DNA of 64,000 bases, from NCBI GenBank assembly GCA_031398335.1, contig JANNNC010000045.1, positions 8,917-72,916 of the forward strand, in the 5' to 3' direction. A model generated the notes under the pieces. It was given only the letters and a program-made list of their open reading frames with translations. It did not search any database and had not been told where the DNA came from. Source of the DNA: Massilia sp. GTDB taxonomy: Bacteria; Pseudomonadota; Gammaproteobacteria; Burkholderiales; Burkholderiaceae_D. The position numbers and the translations under genes were made by a program. How positions within the stretch are numbered: position 1 is the first letter of the stretch; each line of letters starts with the position of its first letter. This document shows, piece after piece, positions 10,944 through 21,176 of the stretch.

Positions 10944-12257
10944 ATGGCCCTACAGATCCGCACACTCGACTCCACCCACGACGGTTTTAAAGAGCAGCTG
11001 CATGCGCTGCTCGCTTTCGAGGCCGCGACCGACGATGCGATCGAAACGGCCGTGGGTCAGATCCTCGCCGACGTCAAGAAGCGCGGCGACGCCGCCGTGC
11101 TCGAATACACCAACCGGTTTGACCGCGTCGAGGCAACCAGCATGGCTGCCTTCGACCTTTCTCAGGAAGAGCTGCAAGCCGCATTGACCGCGCTGCCCGA
11201 AGCCCAGCGCGCCGCGCTGCAGACCGCGGCCGAGCGCATCCGCGCTTTTCACATGCGCCAGAAACAGGAACTCAAGGGCTTTACGTATACCGAACCGGAT
11301 GGCACGGTGCTCGGCCAGCGCGTCACCCCCTTGGACCGCGTCGGCATCTATGTCCCCGGCGGCAAGGCGGCCTATCCGTCGTCGGTGCTGATGAACGCGA
11401 TTCCGGCCCAGGTGGCTGGTGTCACCGACATTGTCATGGTGGTGCCGACCCCGGACGGCGTGAAGAATCAAATGGTGCTGGCTGCTGCCGCCATCGCCGG
11501 CGTAACGCGCGTGATCACCATCGGCGGCGCGCAGGCGGTGGCCGCACTGGCCTACGGCACCGAGACGATTCCGGCGGTCGATAAAATCGTCGGCCCGGGT
11601 AACGCCTATGTCGCCGCCGCCAAGCGCCGCGTGTTCGGCACGGACGGCATCGACATGATCGCGGGACCGTCCGAAATCCTGGTGCTGTGCGACGGCACCA
11701 CCGATCCGGACTGGGTGGCGATGGATTTGTTCTCGCAGGCGGAGCACGACGAGCTGGCGCAGGCGATCATGCTGTGCCCGGACGCCGCCTACATCGCCCA
11801 AGTGGAGGCGAGCATCCACAAGCTGCTGCCGACGATGCCGCGCCAGGAAACCATCGTCACCTCGCTGACCGACCGCGGCGCGCTCATCAAAGTGCGCGAC
11901 ATGGACGAAGCCTGCGCGATTGCCAACGACATCGCCGCCGAACACCTCGAGATCTCGGCCGAGAATCCGCAGCAGTGGGCCGATAAAATCCGCCACGCCG
12001 GCGCCATGTTCCTCGGCCAGTTTTCGTCGGAAGCCCTGGGCGACTATTGCTGCGGTCCGAACCACGTGCTGCCGACCTCGCGCACGGCGCGCTTCTCGTC
12101 GCCGCTGGGCGTGTACGACTTCCAGAAGCGCTCGTCGGTGCTGCAGGTGAGCGAGGCGGGCGCCCAGACGCTTGGTAAAGTCGCGGCCGAACTGGCCTAC
12201 GGCGAAGGCTTGCAGGCGCATGCCCGGAGTGCCGAATTGCGTATCAAGCAGTCATGA
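10944..12257 (+). CDS. hisD: Histidinol dehydrogenase
   Basis: 437 aa. 'AGPSEILV', 'QAEHDE' and '[13 protein letters not shown]'. Confidence 0.95.
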   Translation: MALQIRTLDSTHDGFKEQLHALLAFEAATDDAIETAVGQILADVKKRGDAAVLEYTNRFDRVEATSMAAFDLSQEELQAALTALPEAQRAALQTAAERIRAFHMRQKQELKGFTYTEPDGTVLGQRVTPLDRVGIYVPGGKAAYPSSVLMNAIPAQVAGVTDIVMVVPTPDGVKNQMVLAAAAIAGVTRVITIGGAQAVAALAYGTETIPAVDKIVGPGNAYVAAAKRRVFGTDGIDMIAGPSEILVLCDGTTDPDWVAMDLFSQAEHDELAQAIMLCPDAAYIAQVEASIHKLLPTMPRQETIVTSLTDRGALIKVRDMDEACAIANDIAAEHLEISAENPQQWADKIRHAGAMFLGQFSSEALGDYCCGPNHVLPTSRTARFSSPLGVYDFQKRSSVLQVSEAGAQTLGKVAAELAYGEGLQAHARSAELRIKQS

Positions 12258-13096
12258 CGGACTGGGTCAACCAGGTATTTTGCGAGGATGCGCTGGCGGG
12301 ACTGGCGCGCATCCCCGATGGCGCCATCGACCTGCTCCTGACCGACCCGCCCTATAACCTGGGCAAGGACTACGGCAACGGCTCCGACCAGCAAAGCGTC
12401 GAAGCCTATCTCGCCTGGACCGAAAGCTGGATAGACGCCGCGCTGCCGAAACTTAAACCCAACGGCAGCCTCTACATCTTTCTCACCTGGCGCTTCGCGC
12501 CCGAGATCTTCGTGATGCTGAAAAAACGCATGACGATGATGAACGAGATCATCTGGGACCGGCGCGTGCCGTCGATGGGCGGCAGCGTGCGCAGTTTTTC
12601 ATCCGTGCACGATACCATCGGTTTTTTTGTGAACCGCAAGGATTATTATTTCGACCTCGATGCGGTCCGCATTCCGTACGATGCGGCGACCAAGAAAGCA
12701 CGCTCGCGCTCGATCTTTATTGGCGCCAAGTGGCTCGAGGTCGGCTACAACCCGAAGGATTTGTGGAGCGTGTCGCGCCTGCACCGCGAGCATCCGGAAC
12801 GCGCCGGCCATCCTACCCAGAAGCCGCTCGAGATCATCGAACGCATGATCAAGGCTTCCTGCCCGCCGGGCGGCGTCGTACTGGATCCCTTCATGGGCAG
12901 CGGCACCACGGCGATCGCGGCGCGCGGCCTGGGCCGCCAGTACGCCGGATTCGAACTGAATCCGGAGTACTGCGCCATCATCGCGGCACGCCTGGCGGCA
13001 CCAGCGCCGAGCCCCACCATCAAACAACGCAAGAGCATCGCGCGCGCCGCCAAGGCGGTCATTCGCGCGGCCAGCGCCACCGAGGAACAAGCATGA
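12254..13096 (+). CDS. Site-specific DNA methyltransferase, beta class (DPPY; N6-adenine or N4-cytosine), orphan
   Basis: Motif IV '[11 protein letters not shown]' lies near the N-terminus and motif I '[16 protein letters not shown]' near the C-terminus. ATGA overlaps join it to hisD (12254-12257) and hisC (13093-13096). No endonuclease gene is adjacent. Confidence 0.85.
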   Translation: MTDWVNQVFCEDALAGLARIPDGAIDLLLTDPPYNLGKDYGNGSDQQSVEAYLAWTESWIDAALPKLKPNGSLYIFLTWRFAPEIFVMLKKRMTMMNEIIWDRRVPSMGGSVRSFSSVHDTIGFFVNRKDYYFDLDAVRIPYDAATKKARSRSIFIGAKWLEVGYNPKDLWSVSRLHREHPERAGHPTQKPLEIIERMIKASCPPGGVVLDPFMGSGTTAIAARGLGRQYAGFELNPEYCAIIAARLAAPAPSPTIKQRKSIARAAKAVIRAASATEEQA

Positions 13097-14190
13097 GCTT
13101 TATCGACAACCTGATCGCCAACGTCATCCGCGAAGACATCCGCGCCGGCAGCGCCTATGTCGTGCCCGATTCGAGGGGTTTGATCAAGCTCGATGCGATG
13201 GAAAACCCGTATGAATTGCCGGGTGAACTGCGCGAAGAACTGGCGCGGCGCCTGGCTGACGCGGTGCTGAACCGTTATCCGGTGGCCTCGTATGCAACCC
13301 TGAAGGGCAAGGTCATCGACAAGCTCGGCATCCCGGCCGGCTACGATGTCCTGCTCGGCAATGGCTCGGACGAGCTGATCCAGATCGTTGCCACCACCGT
13401 CGCCAACCAGAAACGGCGCGCCGCCGTGCTGGCGCCGGTGCCGGCCTTTGTCATGTATGCGCGCTCGGCCCAGTTCGCAGGCGCCGACTTCGTCGGGGTG
13501 AAGTTGAAAGAGGACTTCTCGCTCGACATGGAGGCCATGCTCGCCGCAATCGCCCTGCACCAGCCGGCGGTGGTGTTCCTGGCCTACCCCAACAACCCGA
13601 CCGGCAACCTGTTCGCAACCGAAGACATCGAAGCCATCCTGCACGCGCTCGGCGACACCGGCATTGCCGTGCTCGATGAAGCCTACCAGCCGTTTGCACG
13701 TGCAACCTTCATGGACCGCCTGGGTGACTTCGAGAACCTGGTCGTGATGCGCACCGTCTCCAAACTCGGCCTGGCCGGCATCCGCCTCGGCTACATGACG
13801 GCCGCTCCCCAGTTGCTGGCCGAGTTCGAGAAGGTGCGCCCGCCGTATAACGTCAACGTGCTGACCCAGGTGGCGGCCGAGTTCGTGCTCGACCATGTCG
13901 CCGTGCTCGACGCCCAGGCCGCCAGCATCATTGCCGAGCGCGAGCGCATGATGCCCGAACTGGCGGCGCTGCCGGGAGTCCAAGTATTTCCTTCCAAGGC
14001 GAATTTCATCACCCTGCGCGTGCCGGACGCGGCCGCCGTTTGCGCAAAACTCCTGGACGAGAAGGTGCTGATCAAAAATTTGAGTAAAATGCATGGATCG
14101 CTGGCCAATTGCATCCGTGTCACGGTCAGCACCCCGGAAGAAAATTCCGCATTCCTGAATGCCCTCAAGGCAGCGCTCACGCCAGCGTAA
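13093..14190 (+). CDS. hisC: Histidinol-phosphate aminotransferase
   Basis: Start taken at ATG 13093 (MSFIDNLI..). Class-II aminotransferase with the PLP-lysine region 'MRTVSKLGLAGIRLGY'. The 486-aa ORF-track extension overlaps the methylase and is rejected. Confidence 0.9.
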   Translation: MSFIDNLIANVIREDIRAGSAYVVPDSRGLIKLDAMENPYELPGELREELARRLADAVLNRYPVASYATLKGKVIDKLGIPAGYDVLLGNGSDELIQIVATTVANQKRRAAVLAPVPAFVMYARSAQFAGADFVGVKLKEDFSLDMEAMLAAIALHQPAVVFLAYPNNPTGNLFATEDIEAILHALGDTGIAVLDEAYQPFARATFMDRLGDFENLVVMRTVSKLGLAGIRLGYMTAAPQLLAEFEKVRPPYNVNVLTQVAAEFVLDHVAVLDAQAASIIAERERMMPELAALPGVQVFPSKANFITLRVPDAAAVCAKLLDEKVLIKNLSKMHGSLANCIRVTVSTPEENSAFLNALKAALTPA

Positions 14191-14218
14191 GCCGCCCTGA
14201 ACAGACGAGCACCCTTTC

Positions 14219-14809
14219 ATGACCCGCACCGCAGACATCACCCGCAACACCAACGAAACGCAGATCCGCGTTTCGCTCAATCTCGACGGCACCGGCCGCC
14301 AGAAACTGAACACCGGCGTGCCCTTCCTCGACCACATGCTCGACCAGATCGCGCGCCACGGCATGATCGACCTTGAAGTCGAGGCCGTGGGTGACCTGCA
14401 CATCGATGCCCACCACACGGTCGAGGACACCGGCATCACGCTCGGCATGGCGATCGCGAAAGCCGTCGGCGACAAGAAGGGCATGACCCGCTACGGCCAC
14501 TCCTACGTGCCGCTGGACGAAGCGCTGTCGCGCGTGGTGATCGATTTCTCGGGCCGTCCCGGCCTGGAAATGCACATCCCGTGGACGCGCGCGATGATCG
14601 GCACCTTCGATGTCGACCTGACGGGCGAATTCTTCCGCGGCTTCGTGAACCACGCCGGCGTGACCCTGCACATCGATAACCTGCGCGGCGTGAACGCGCA
14701 CCACCAGTGCGAAACCGTCTTCAAAGCCTTCGGGCGCGCGCTGCGCATGGCCACCACGCTCGACGAGCGCGCCGCCGGCATCATCCCTTCGACCAAAGGC
14801 AGCCTGTGA
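14219..14809 (+). CDS. hisB: Imidazoleglycerol-phosphate dehydratase
   Basis: 196 aa. '[16 protein letters not shown]', '[11 protein letters not shown]' and '[20 protein letters not shown]'. Confidence 0.95.
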   Translation: MTRTADITRNTNETQIRVSLNLDGTGRQKLNTGVPFLDHMLDQIARHGMIDLEVEAVGDLHIDAHHTVEDTGITLGMAIAKAVGDKKGMTRYGHSYVPLDEALSRVVIDFSGRPGLEMHIPWTRAMIGTFDVDLTGEFFRGFVNHAGVTLHIDNLRGVNAHHQCETVFKAFGRALRMATTLDERAAGIIPSTKGSL

Positions 14810-14838
14810 TCGAATCTACTGAGCGGGTTGACTGAGCC

Positions 14839-15480
14839 ATGACGAACAAGATTGTGGTGGTCGACGGCCTGGGCAACCTGCGCTCGGTGGCGCAGGCGCT
14901 GCGCGCCGCGGCGCCGGAAGCGCACATCCTGGTCTCGAACAAGGCGGCCGACATCGATGCGGCCGACCGCATCGTGCTGCCGGGCCAGGGCGCGATGCGC
15001 GACTGCATGGCCAGCCTGCGCGAATCGGGCGCCGAGGAAGCGCTACGCCGCGCCGTCAACACGCGTCCGGTGATGGGCGTGTGCGTCGGCGAGCAGATGC
15101 TGTTCGACGAGAGCGAAGAAAATGGCGGCACGCCGGGCCTGGGCCTGTTCGCGGGCAAGGTCGTGCGCTTCCAGCTGGACGGGAAGTTGCAGGCTGATGG
15201 TTCGCGCTTCAAGGTCCCGCAGATGGGCTGGAACCGCGTGCGGCAGACCCGCTCGCACCCGCTGTGGGAAGGCGTCGACGACGGCAGCTATTTTTATTTT
15301 GTGCACAGCTATTACGTCGCTCCCGAAAACGTGAGCGACACCATCGGCGAAGCCGACTACGGCGGCGCCTACACCTGCGCCGTTGCGCGCGACAACATCG
15401 TCGCCACCCAGTTTCACCCCGAAAAAAGCGCGGCCGCCGGGCTGCGCCTGTATCGCAATTTTATTCATTGGAATCCGTGA
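14839..15480 (+). CDS. hisH: Imidazole glycerol phosphate synthase, glutaminase subunit
   Basis: 213 aa. 'VLPGQGA', catalytic Cys 'GVCVGEQML' and 'ATQFHPEKS'. Confidence 0.95.
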   Translation: MTNKIVVVDGLGNLRSVAQALRAAAPEAHILVSNKAADIDAADRIVLPGQGAMRDCMASLRESGAEEALRRAVNTRPVMGVCVGEQMLFDESEENGGTPGLGLFAGKVVRFQLDGKLQADGSRFKVPQMGWNRVRQTRSHPLWEGVDDGSYFYFVHSYYVAPENVSDTIGEADYGGAYTCAVARDNIVATQFHPEKSAAAGLRLYRNFIHWNP

Positions 15481-15527
15481 ACGCGCGCGTTCACGCCACC
15501 GTCTCCGCCACCTAACCGACACCGACC

Positions 15528-16304
15528 ATGCTGCTGATCCCCGCCATCGACCTGAAAGACGGTCACTGCGTTCGCCTTCAACAGGGCGATATGGACCTCG
15601 CCACCGTCTTCTCCGAAGACCCCGCCCAAATGGCCCTGCATTGGCTGAAGAAGGGCGCGCGCCGCCTGCACCTGGTCGACCTGAACGGCGCCTTCGCCGG
15701 CAAGCCGAAAAACGGGCCGGCCATCAAATCGATCCTGCAGGTAGTGCAGGAATATGCCGAACAAAACGGCATCGACGAGATCCCGGTCCAGCTGGGCGGC
15801 GGCATCCGCGACCTCGACACCATCGAGCGCTACCTGGACGACGGCATCAGCTACATCATCGTCGGCACCGCCGCGGTGAAGAACCCGGGCTTCCTGCACG
15901 ACGCCTGCGGCGCCTTCCCCGGTGCGATCATCGTCGGCCTCGACGCCAAGGACGGTAAAGTGGCCACCGACGGCTGGAGCAAAATGTCGGGCCACGAAGT
16001 GATCGACCTGGCGAAGAAGTTCGAGGGCTATGGCGTCGAATCGATCATTTATACGGACATCGGCCGCGACGGCATGATGGGCGGGATTAACATCGAAGCG
16101 ACCGTGCGCCTGGCGCAAGCGGTGCGCATCCCGATCATCGCTTCCGGCGGCCTGCACAACCTGGGCGACGTCGAGGCGCTGTGCGCGGTGCAGGACGAAG
16201 GCATCGAAGGCGTAATCTGCGGCCGCTCGATCTACGAAGGCACGATCGACCTGGCCTCGGCCCAGGCGCGCGCCGACGAACTGACCGAGGGCGAACAGGC
16301 TTAA
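15528..16304 (+). CDS. hisA: ProFAR isomerase
   Basis: 258 aa. '[17 protein letters not shown]' and '[14 protein letters not shown]'. Confidence 0.95.
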   Translation: MLLIPAIDLKDGHCVRLQQGDMDLATVFSEDPAQMALHWLKKGARRLHLVDLNGAFAGKPKNGPAIKSILQVVQEYAEQNGIDEIPVQLGGGIRDLDTIERYLDDGISYIIVGTAAVKNPGFLHDACGAFPGAIIVGLDAKDGKVATDGWSKMSGHEVIDLAKKFEGYGVESIIYTDIGRDGMMGGINIEATVRLAQAVRIPIIASGGLHNLGDVEALCAVQDEGIEGVICGRSIYEGTIDLASAQARADELTEGEQA

Positions 16305-16323
16305 TCGGCCGGACGGACATCCT

Positions 16324-17085
16324 ATGCTCGCAAAACGCATCATTCCCTGCCTCGACGTGACCGGCGGGCGCGTCGTCAAGGGCGTCAATTTCACCGAACT
16401 GCGCGACGCCGGCGACCCGGTCGAAATCGCACGCCGCTATGACGGGCAAGGCGCCGACGAAATCACCTTCCTCGACATCACCGCCTCTTCCGACAACCGC
16501 GACCTGATCCTGCCGATCATCGAAGCGGTCGCCTCGACGGTTTTTATTCCCTTGACCGTCGGCGGCGGCGTGCGCAAGGTGGAAGACGTACGCCGGCTAT
16601 TAAATGCCGGCGCCGACAAGGTCAGCATGAACACCTCGGCCGTGCAGAATCCGCAGCTGGTGTTCGAGGCCTCGCAAAAGCACGGCGCCCAGTGCATCGT
16701 GGTGGCGATCGACGCCAAGCAGGTATCTCCCGGCAAGTGGGAAGTGTTTACGCATGGCGGACGCAATGCCACCGGTATGGATGCGGTGGCGTGGGCGATC
16801 CGGCTCGAGCAACTGGGCGCGGGCGAACTGTTATTGACCAGCATGGACCGCGACGGCACCAAGTCCGGCTTCGATCTCGGCCTGACGCGCGCCGTGTCGG
16901 ATGCGGTCGGCATTCCGGTGGTCGCCTCGGGCGGCGTCGGCGGCCTGCAAGACCTGGCCGACGGCGTCCTGAAAGGGCATGCGGACGCTGTGCTGGCCGC
17001 TTCGATTTTCCACTACGGGCAGCACACGGTCGGCGAAGCGAAACGCTTCATGGCCGAGCGCGGCATCCCGATGCGCCTGGAGTAA
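16324..17085 (+). CDS. hisF: Imidazole glycerol phosphate synthase, cyclase subunit
   Basis: 253 aa. 'KRIIPCLDV', '[13 protein letters not shown]' and '[15 protein letters not shown]'. Confidence 0.95.
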   Translation: MLAKRIIPCLDVTGGRVVKGVNFTELRDAGDPVEIARRYDGQGADEITFLDITASSDNRDLILPIIEAVASTVFIPLTVGGGVRKVEDVRRLLNAGADKVSMNTSAVQNPQLVFEASQKHGAQCIVVAIDAKQVSPGKWEVFTHGGRNATGMDAVAWAIRLEQLGAGELLLTSMDRDGTKSGFDLGLTRAVSDAVGIPVVASGGVGGLQDLADGVLKGHADAVLAASIFHYGQHTVGEAKRFMAERGIPMRLE

Positions 17086-17088
17086 GGT

Positions 17089-17508
17089 ATGCCCCATTCG
17101 ACGACCAACAATGCGGCGTGGCTGAAAAAGGTGCGCTGGGACGAGAACGGTTTGGTTCCCGTCATCGCCCAGGAGGCCAGCACGGGCGACATCCTGATGT
17201 TCGCCTGGATGAACCGCGACGCCCTGGCGCGTACCGTGGAACTGGGCGAAGCCGTGTACTGGAGCCGCTCGCGTAAAAAGCTGTGGCACAAGGGCGAGGA
17301 GTCCGGGCATACGCAAAAAGTGCTGGAGATGCGCCTCGACTGCGACGAAGACGTGGTGCTGCTCAAAATCGAGCAGGCCGGCGGGATCGCCTGCCATACC
17401 GGTCGCCATTCCTGCTTCTACCAGCAATTCGACGGCGAAGACTGGCAGGCGGTGGAGCCGGTGCTGCAGGATCCAGAAACGATTTATACGAATAAGAAGG
17501 CCTCATGA
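17089..17508 (+). CDS. hisI: Phosphoribosyl-AMP cyclohydrolase
   Basis: 139 aa. 'LVPVIAQ', '[10 protein letters not shown]' and '[26 protein letters not shown]'. Confidence 0.95.
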   Translation: MPHSTTNNAAWLKKVRWDENGLVPVIAQEASTGDILMFAWMNRDALARTVELGEAVYWSRSRKKLWHKGEESGHTQKVLEMRLDCDEDVVLLKIEQAGGIACHTGRHSCFYQQFDGEDWQAVEPVLQDPETIYTNKKAS

Positions 17509-17846
17509 GCACGACCCTGGCGCGTTTGGCGCACACCATCGAATCGCGCAAGCCGGTCAACGGTGGCGACCCGGCGACCTCGTATGTCGCGAAACTGTTC
17601 GCCAAGGGCGACGACGCGATCCTGAAAAAGATAGGCGAAGAGGCCACCGAGACCGTGATGGCGGCCAAAGACGCGCGCGTCTCCGGGGATGCCTCCGGGT
17701 TGCTGTACGAAGTGGCGGACCTGTGGTTCCATTCGATGGTGCTGCTGGCCAAATTCGACCTCACGCCGCAACAGGTGCTCGACGAACTGGCGCGCCGCGA
17801 AGGTTTATCCGGCCTCGACGAAAAAGCGTCGCGCAAGGAAGACTGA
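17505..17846 (+). CDS. hisE: Phosphoribosyl-ATP pyrophosphatase
   Basis: 113 aa. '[24 protein letters not shown]' and 'EVADLWFH'. ATGA overlap with hisI. Confidence 0.9.
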   Translation: MSTTLARLAHTIESRKPVNGGDPATSYVAKLFAKGDDAILKKIGEEATETVMAAKDARVSGDASGLLYEVADLWFHSMVLLAKFDLTPQQVLDELARREGLSGLDEKASRKED

Positions 17847-17951
17847 TTCACGCCGCGTCATTGCCGCGTAATCGTTCTCATATAAGATTGTTCAGATTGT
17901 TCAGATTGCCCTGCGGCCTGCTTGCCGCAACAACAGAGATTGGAGACACGC

Positions 17952-18326
17952 GTGGATAACTGCATTTTCTGCAAGATTGCCGCCAAGCAGATCCCGGCGC
18001 ACGTCGTGTTCGAAGACGACGACTTGCTGGCGTTCAAGGACATCAACCCGGCCGCGCCGGTCCACTTGCTGGTGATTCCGAAGCAGCACGTCGACACCTT
18101 GTCCGACGTCACCGAGGAACACACGGCCGTGCTGGGCAAGATGCTGGCGCTGGTGCCGAAGCTGGCCGCCGAACATGGCGTGGCGGTGACGACGGACGCC
18201 AATGGCAAGCCCAGCGGCGGCTATAAAACCCTGATCAACAGCGGGCCCAACGGCGGGCAGGAAGTCTATCACCTGCACATGCACGTGTACGGGGGCGCGC
18301 GTCCCTGGCGCGGCCTGGGCACCTGA
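17952..18326 (+). CDS. HIT (histidine triad) family protein
   Basis: 'CIFCKI' and the triad 'HLHMHV'. GTG 17952 follows GGAGAC and is preferred over the TTG at 17922. Confidence 0.85.
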   Translation: MDNCIFCKIAAKQIPAHVVFEDDDLLAFKDINPAAPVHLLVIPKQHVDTLSDVTEEHTAVLGKMLALVPKLAAEHGVAVTTDANGKPSGGYKTLINSGPNGGQEVYHLHMHVYGGARPWRGLGT

Positions 18327-18442
18327 CATTTTACTAAGTTATTACTAAGCGTTGCGAACGCCAGCATGGCTTATACTGGCACAGCATGTACGAATGAGGC
18401 TTCAACGATTGCGGGCGCCGAGCGCCTACTGAGGAGATCGAA

Positions 18443-18688
18443 ATGGGTTCAATGAGCATTTGGCACTGGGTCATCGTGCTGGTCGTGGTGGTGCTGCTGT
18501 TCGGCACCAAAAAGCTGGGCAATGTGGGCTCCGACATCGGTAAAGCGGTGAAGGGCTTCAAGGATGGTGTCAAGGGCGACGAAGAGAAGGCCGCAGCGAA
18601 TGCGACCACGCCGCCGCCGATCCACCCGAGCCAGGTAGCGGACAAATCGACGATCGACGTCGAGACCCGTGAAAAGCACCGTTCTTAA
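18443..18688 (+). CDS. tatA: Twin-arginine translocase subunit TatA
   Basis: 81 aa. A TM helix followed by '[23 protein letters not shown]'. RBS GAGGAG. Confidence 0.9.
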   Translation: MGSMSIWHWVIVLVVVVLLFGTKKLGNVGSDIGKAVKGFKDGVKGDEEKAAANATTPPPIHPSQVADKSTIDVETREKHRS

Positions 18689-18703
18689 TCCGGTCGCCGC
18701 CGT

Positions 18704-19195
18704 ATGATCGACCTGGGACTGTCGAAGCTTGCCATCATCGGTGTGGTGGCGCTGATCGTGATCGGCCCTCAAAAGCTGCCGAAGGTGGCGCGCATGGCCG
18801 GCACGCTCTACGGTCGCGCCCAGCGCTACCTGCACGATGTCAAGTCCGAGGTCAGCCGCGAGATCCAGCTCGACGAACTGCGCAACCTGCACAAGGAAGT
18901 GCACGACAGCGCCGCCGAATTCAAGTCGGACGTCGAGTACCACATGTCGAGCAGCATTGGCGAGGTCGAAGCCGCCTGGCGCGGCGATATCCAGCCGAGC
19001 GCACCAAGCCCTGCCGCCAGCATGGATAACCTCGAGCGCAAGGCCAAGGACTTCCGGCGCAAGAAGCTCGTGCGCAGCTCCGCCGTGCCGGCCTGGTACA
19101 AGCATCGCAACGGCAGCAAGACCCGGGTCCTGTCGGGCGCCGCGCGCGTGCGCAAGTTTCGTCCCGGCGTGAAATCCACGAATTCATTCTTTTAG
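18704..19195 (+). CDS. tatB: Twin-arginine translocase subunit TatB
   Basis: 163 aa. 'MIDLGLSKLAIIGVVALIVIGPQKLP'. Confidence 0.85.
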   Translation: MIDLGLSKLAIIGVVALIVIGPQKLPKVARMAGTLYGRAQRYLHDVKSEVSREIQLDELRNLHKEVHDSAAEFKSDVEYHMSSSIGEVEAAWRGDIQPSAPSPAASMDNLERKAKDFRRKKLVRSSAVPAWYKHRNGSKTRVLSGAARVRKFRPGVKSTNSFF

Positions 19196-19201
19196 AACTA
19201 C

Positions 19202-19957
19202 ATGACCGAAGAAGCGCCAGTCGAAGAAACCTTCATTTCCCACCTCGTCGAACTGCGCGACCGCCTGGTCAAAGCCATCATCGGCGTGGCGATCGTCTGC
19301 ATCGGGCTGATGATCTGGCCGGGACCGGAGGAAATCTACAACTACCTGGCTGCACCGATGCTCGCCTCGTTGCCGCCGGGTGCGCAGATGATCGCCACCG
19401 GCGTCATCGCACCCTTCCTGGTGCCGATGAAGGTGACCCTGATGGTCGCGCTGATCGTGGCGCTGCCCTGGGTCTTCTACCAGATGTGGGCCTTCGTCGC
19501 CCCCGGCCTGTACGCGCACGAAAAACGCCTGGTGCTGCCGCTCGTGGTCTCGTCCTCGTTCCTGTTCATCGGCGGCGTCGCCTTCTGTTATTTCTTCGTG
19601 TTCGGGCGCGTGTTTCATTTCATTGCCGCCTTCGCGCCATCCTCGATCGCCGTCATGCCCGACATCGAGAACTACCTGGATTTCGTGATGTCGATGTGCC
19701 TGGCCTTCGGCGCCACCTTCGAGGTGCCGGTGGTGGTCGTGATCCTGGTGCGCATGGGGATCGTCAGCATCGAAAAGCTCAAGGAAATCCGCCCGTACCT
19801 GATCGTCGGCGCCTTCGTCATCGCCGCCATCGTCACGCCGCCGGACGTGGTCAGCCAGCTGGCGCTGGCCATCCCGATGTGCCTGCTGTTCGAACTGGGC
19901 CTGCTGGTCGCGCCGATGTTCGTGCGCATGACGCAGGCGCCGGAAGAGCCAGCCTGA
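19202..19957 (+). CDS. tatC: Twin-arginine translocase subunit TatC
   Basis: 251 aa with 6 TM helices. 'HLVELRDRL' and 'FVAPGLYAHEKR'. Confidence 0.95.
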   Translation: MTEEAPVEETFISHLVELRDRLVKAIIGVAIVCIGLMIWPGPEEIYNYLAAPMLASLPPGAQMIATGVIAPFLVPMKVTLMVALIVALPWVFYQMWAFVAPGLYAHEKRLVLPLVVSSSFLFIGGVAFCYFFVFGRVFHFIAAFAPSSIAVMPDIENYLDFVMSMCLAFGATFEVPVVVVILVRMGIVSIEKLKEIRPYLIVGAFVIAAIVTPPDVVSQLALAIPMCLLFELGLLVAPMFVRMTQAPEEPA

Positions 19958-19961
19958 GTTC

Positions 19962-19989
19962 GTAGGGTGGGCACGGATGCCCACCCTAC
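19962..19989. repeat. REP-like palindrome GTAGGGTGGGCAC-GGA-TGCCCACCCTAC followed by TTTTT (likely tatC terminator)
   Basis: Read directly from the sequence. It is the same 13-mer arm family as at 42289-42322. It overlaps the last codons of the convergent gene at 19986-20237. Confidence 0.75.
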
Positions 19990-20237
19990 TTTTTGAGCGA
20001 ACGAATGTGCTCAAGCAGGTCGTTTTCGCGTCCCTCGGCCACCAGCACAGCCGGCGTCTTGCCCTCGAAAGCGCCAAGCGGCGCCTCCATCCAGCTGCTC
20101 GCCACCGCGTCATTGCCGACGATGCTTTGCACCGCGTGCATGGCCGTGTAATACGCCTGCGCCTTGCGCGACTGCGCCTCGAAACGTTCGCGCAGCGCCG
20201 TCAGGGAGTCGGGAGTGAGTTGTGCGTCCTGGGTCAT
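19986..20237 (-). CDS. Stand-alone DUF2384 (Xre/MbcA/ParS antitoxin C-terminal, toxin-binding type) domain protein
   Basis: 83 aa. '..IVGNDAVASSWMEAPLGAFEGKTPAVLVAEGRENDLLEHIRSL' fits the DUF2384 pattern (A..W...P...lgG.tP..l....G...v...L). It has no HTH domain. ATGA overlap with the upstream gene. Confidence 0.6.
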   Translation of the reverse strand: MTQDAQLTPDSLTALRERFEAQSRKAQAYYTAMHAVQSIVGNDAVASSWMEAPLGAFEGKTPAVLVAEGRENDLLEHIRSLKK

Positions 20238-20980
20238 GAAAATCCGGTGTGTGAAGGGTCAAAAGGATCAGGTGTCGGGCGTCCGCCTTCGCCCTGTTCG
20301 ACGATGACATCGATCGCCTGCAAGGCGCTGGCCAGGCCGGTCACTGTTACCAGCCCGGGCAGCGTCATGATGTCGGGTCCGAGTTGCGCCTCTGCGTGGC
20401 CGACGAACAAAGCGCTTTCGCCCAGGCGGTCGGCCAGCGTCGTAAAACCCTGCTTGACGCCGCTGTACAGGTGGCCCACCGTATCAAAATCTTCGGCCGT
20501 CGGCGTCAGGCGCGATGCCCAAGGACGGCGCTGATAGGCAACAGGCGTCTCGAAACCAGGCGCCTGCGCCATCTCTTCCCCTTCAGGACGCTCGAGATAA
20601 ATGAAATGGGCGAGGGTGTCGCGCGTGAGCGGCGCCAGGCGCATCACCAGGCTGGCCGGATGGTAGCCGCCTGGCACCGGAAAATTCTGGCGCCGGAAAT
20701 GCGGCGGCGAGCCAATGCTCATCAGGAGATTGTTGACCGTGGCCAAGTGGGCCATTTCTTCCATGGCGACGCTGCGGATTTCCTTGCGCCAGCGATCGAT
20801 GGCCTCCAGCTGGGCCGGCGTCACGCCTTTCGTCCGCGCTTGTTTCAGGCTCCAGCCGGCGTACAGGTAAATGCACATCAGGCCGTGCTCGATCTCGGCC
20901 GCTTCGGTCAGCAAATAAATAAGTTGCTCGCGGTCGTTGACGCGTAGGTCGTGCTGGTCGGTCGGCATCGGTAAATTCAT
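20234..20980 (-). CDS. Ferritin-like domain protein (PF12902/VioB-N-like)
   Basis: 'LIYLLTEAAEIEHGLMCIYLYAGWSLK' and 'VAMEEMAHLATVNNLL' form di-metal-type EXXH helices. Start chosen at ATG 20980 (alternative 20968). Confidence 0.7.
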   Translation of the reverse strand: MNLPMPTDQHDLRVNDREQLIYLLTEAAEIEHGLMCIYLYAGWSLKQARTKGVTPAQLEAIDRWRKEIRSVAMEEMAHLATVNNLLMSIGSPPHFRRQNFPVPGGYHPASLVMRLAPLTRDTLAHFIYLERPEGEEMAQAPGFETPVAYQRRPWASRLTPTAEDFDTVGHLYSGVKQGFTTLADRLGESALFVGHAEAQLGPDIMTLPGLVTVTGLASALQAIDVIVEQGEGGRPTPDPFDPSHTGFS

Positions 20981-21176
20981 TCGAGAACTATACCGGAAGC
21001 GCCAGTGCGGACGCGGCACCGCACTCTGTGCAAAAAAACATCACTGTGCAGAAATATGGCAGGTACAAGTTGACGCGTTGATATAATTCCGTTTTTGCAA
21101 TTTTGCCCATGCGTTCATGCGCCACTGCGCCGCTGCAAACATTGTTGCCGGTTCTCTCCGCTATTTAAGGAACACT

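Noticed and set aside
10950-12221. 423-aa minus-strand ORF antisense to hisD. Similar long shadow ORFs lie at 12745..14484, 9072..10247, 9436..10272, 15465..16394 and 19184..20113.
   Set aside because: The sense frames encode unmistakable MurA/His/Tat proteins. The shadow ORFs have no motifs and a skewed Arg/Ala/Gly composition.
12730-13092. N-terminal 121-aa extension of the hisC ORF in the ORF track
   Set aside because: The extension overlaps the methyltransferase in another frame and is Arg/Pro-rich. ATG 13093 gives a canonical HisC N-terminus and an ATGA junction.
17886-17908. Tandem GATTGTTCA-GATTGTTCA-GATTG between hisE and the HIT gene, and TTACTAAG x2 at 18330-18350
   Set aside because: These are two-and-a-bit copies of a 9-mer (and two of an 8-mer) in short spacers. 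They are too short to separate from chance, and no function can be argued.
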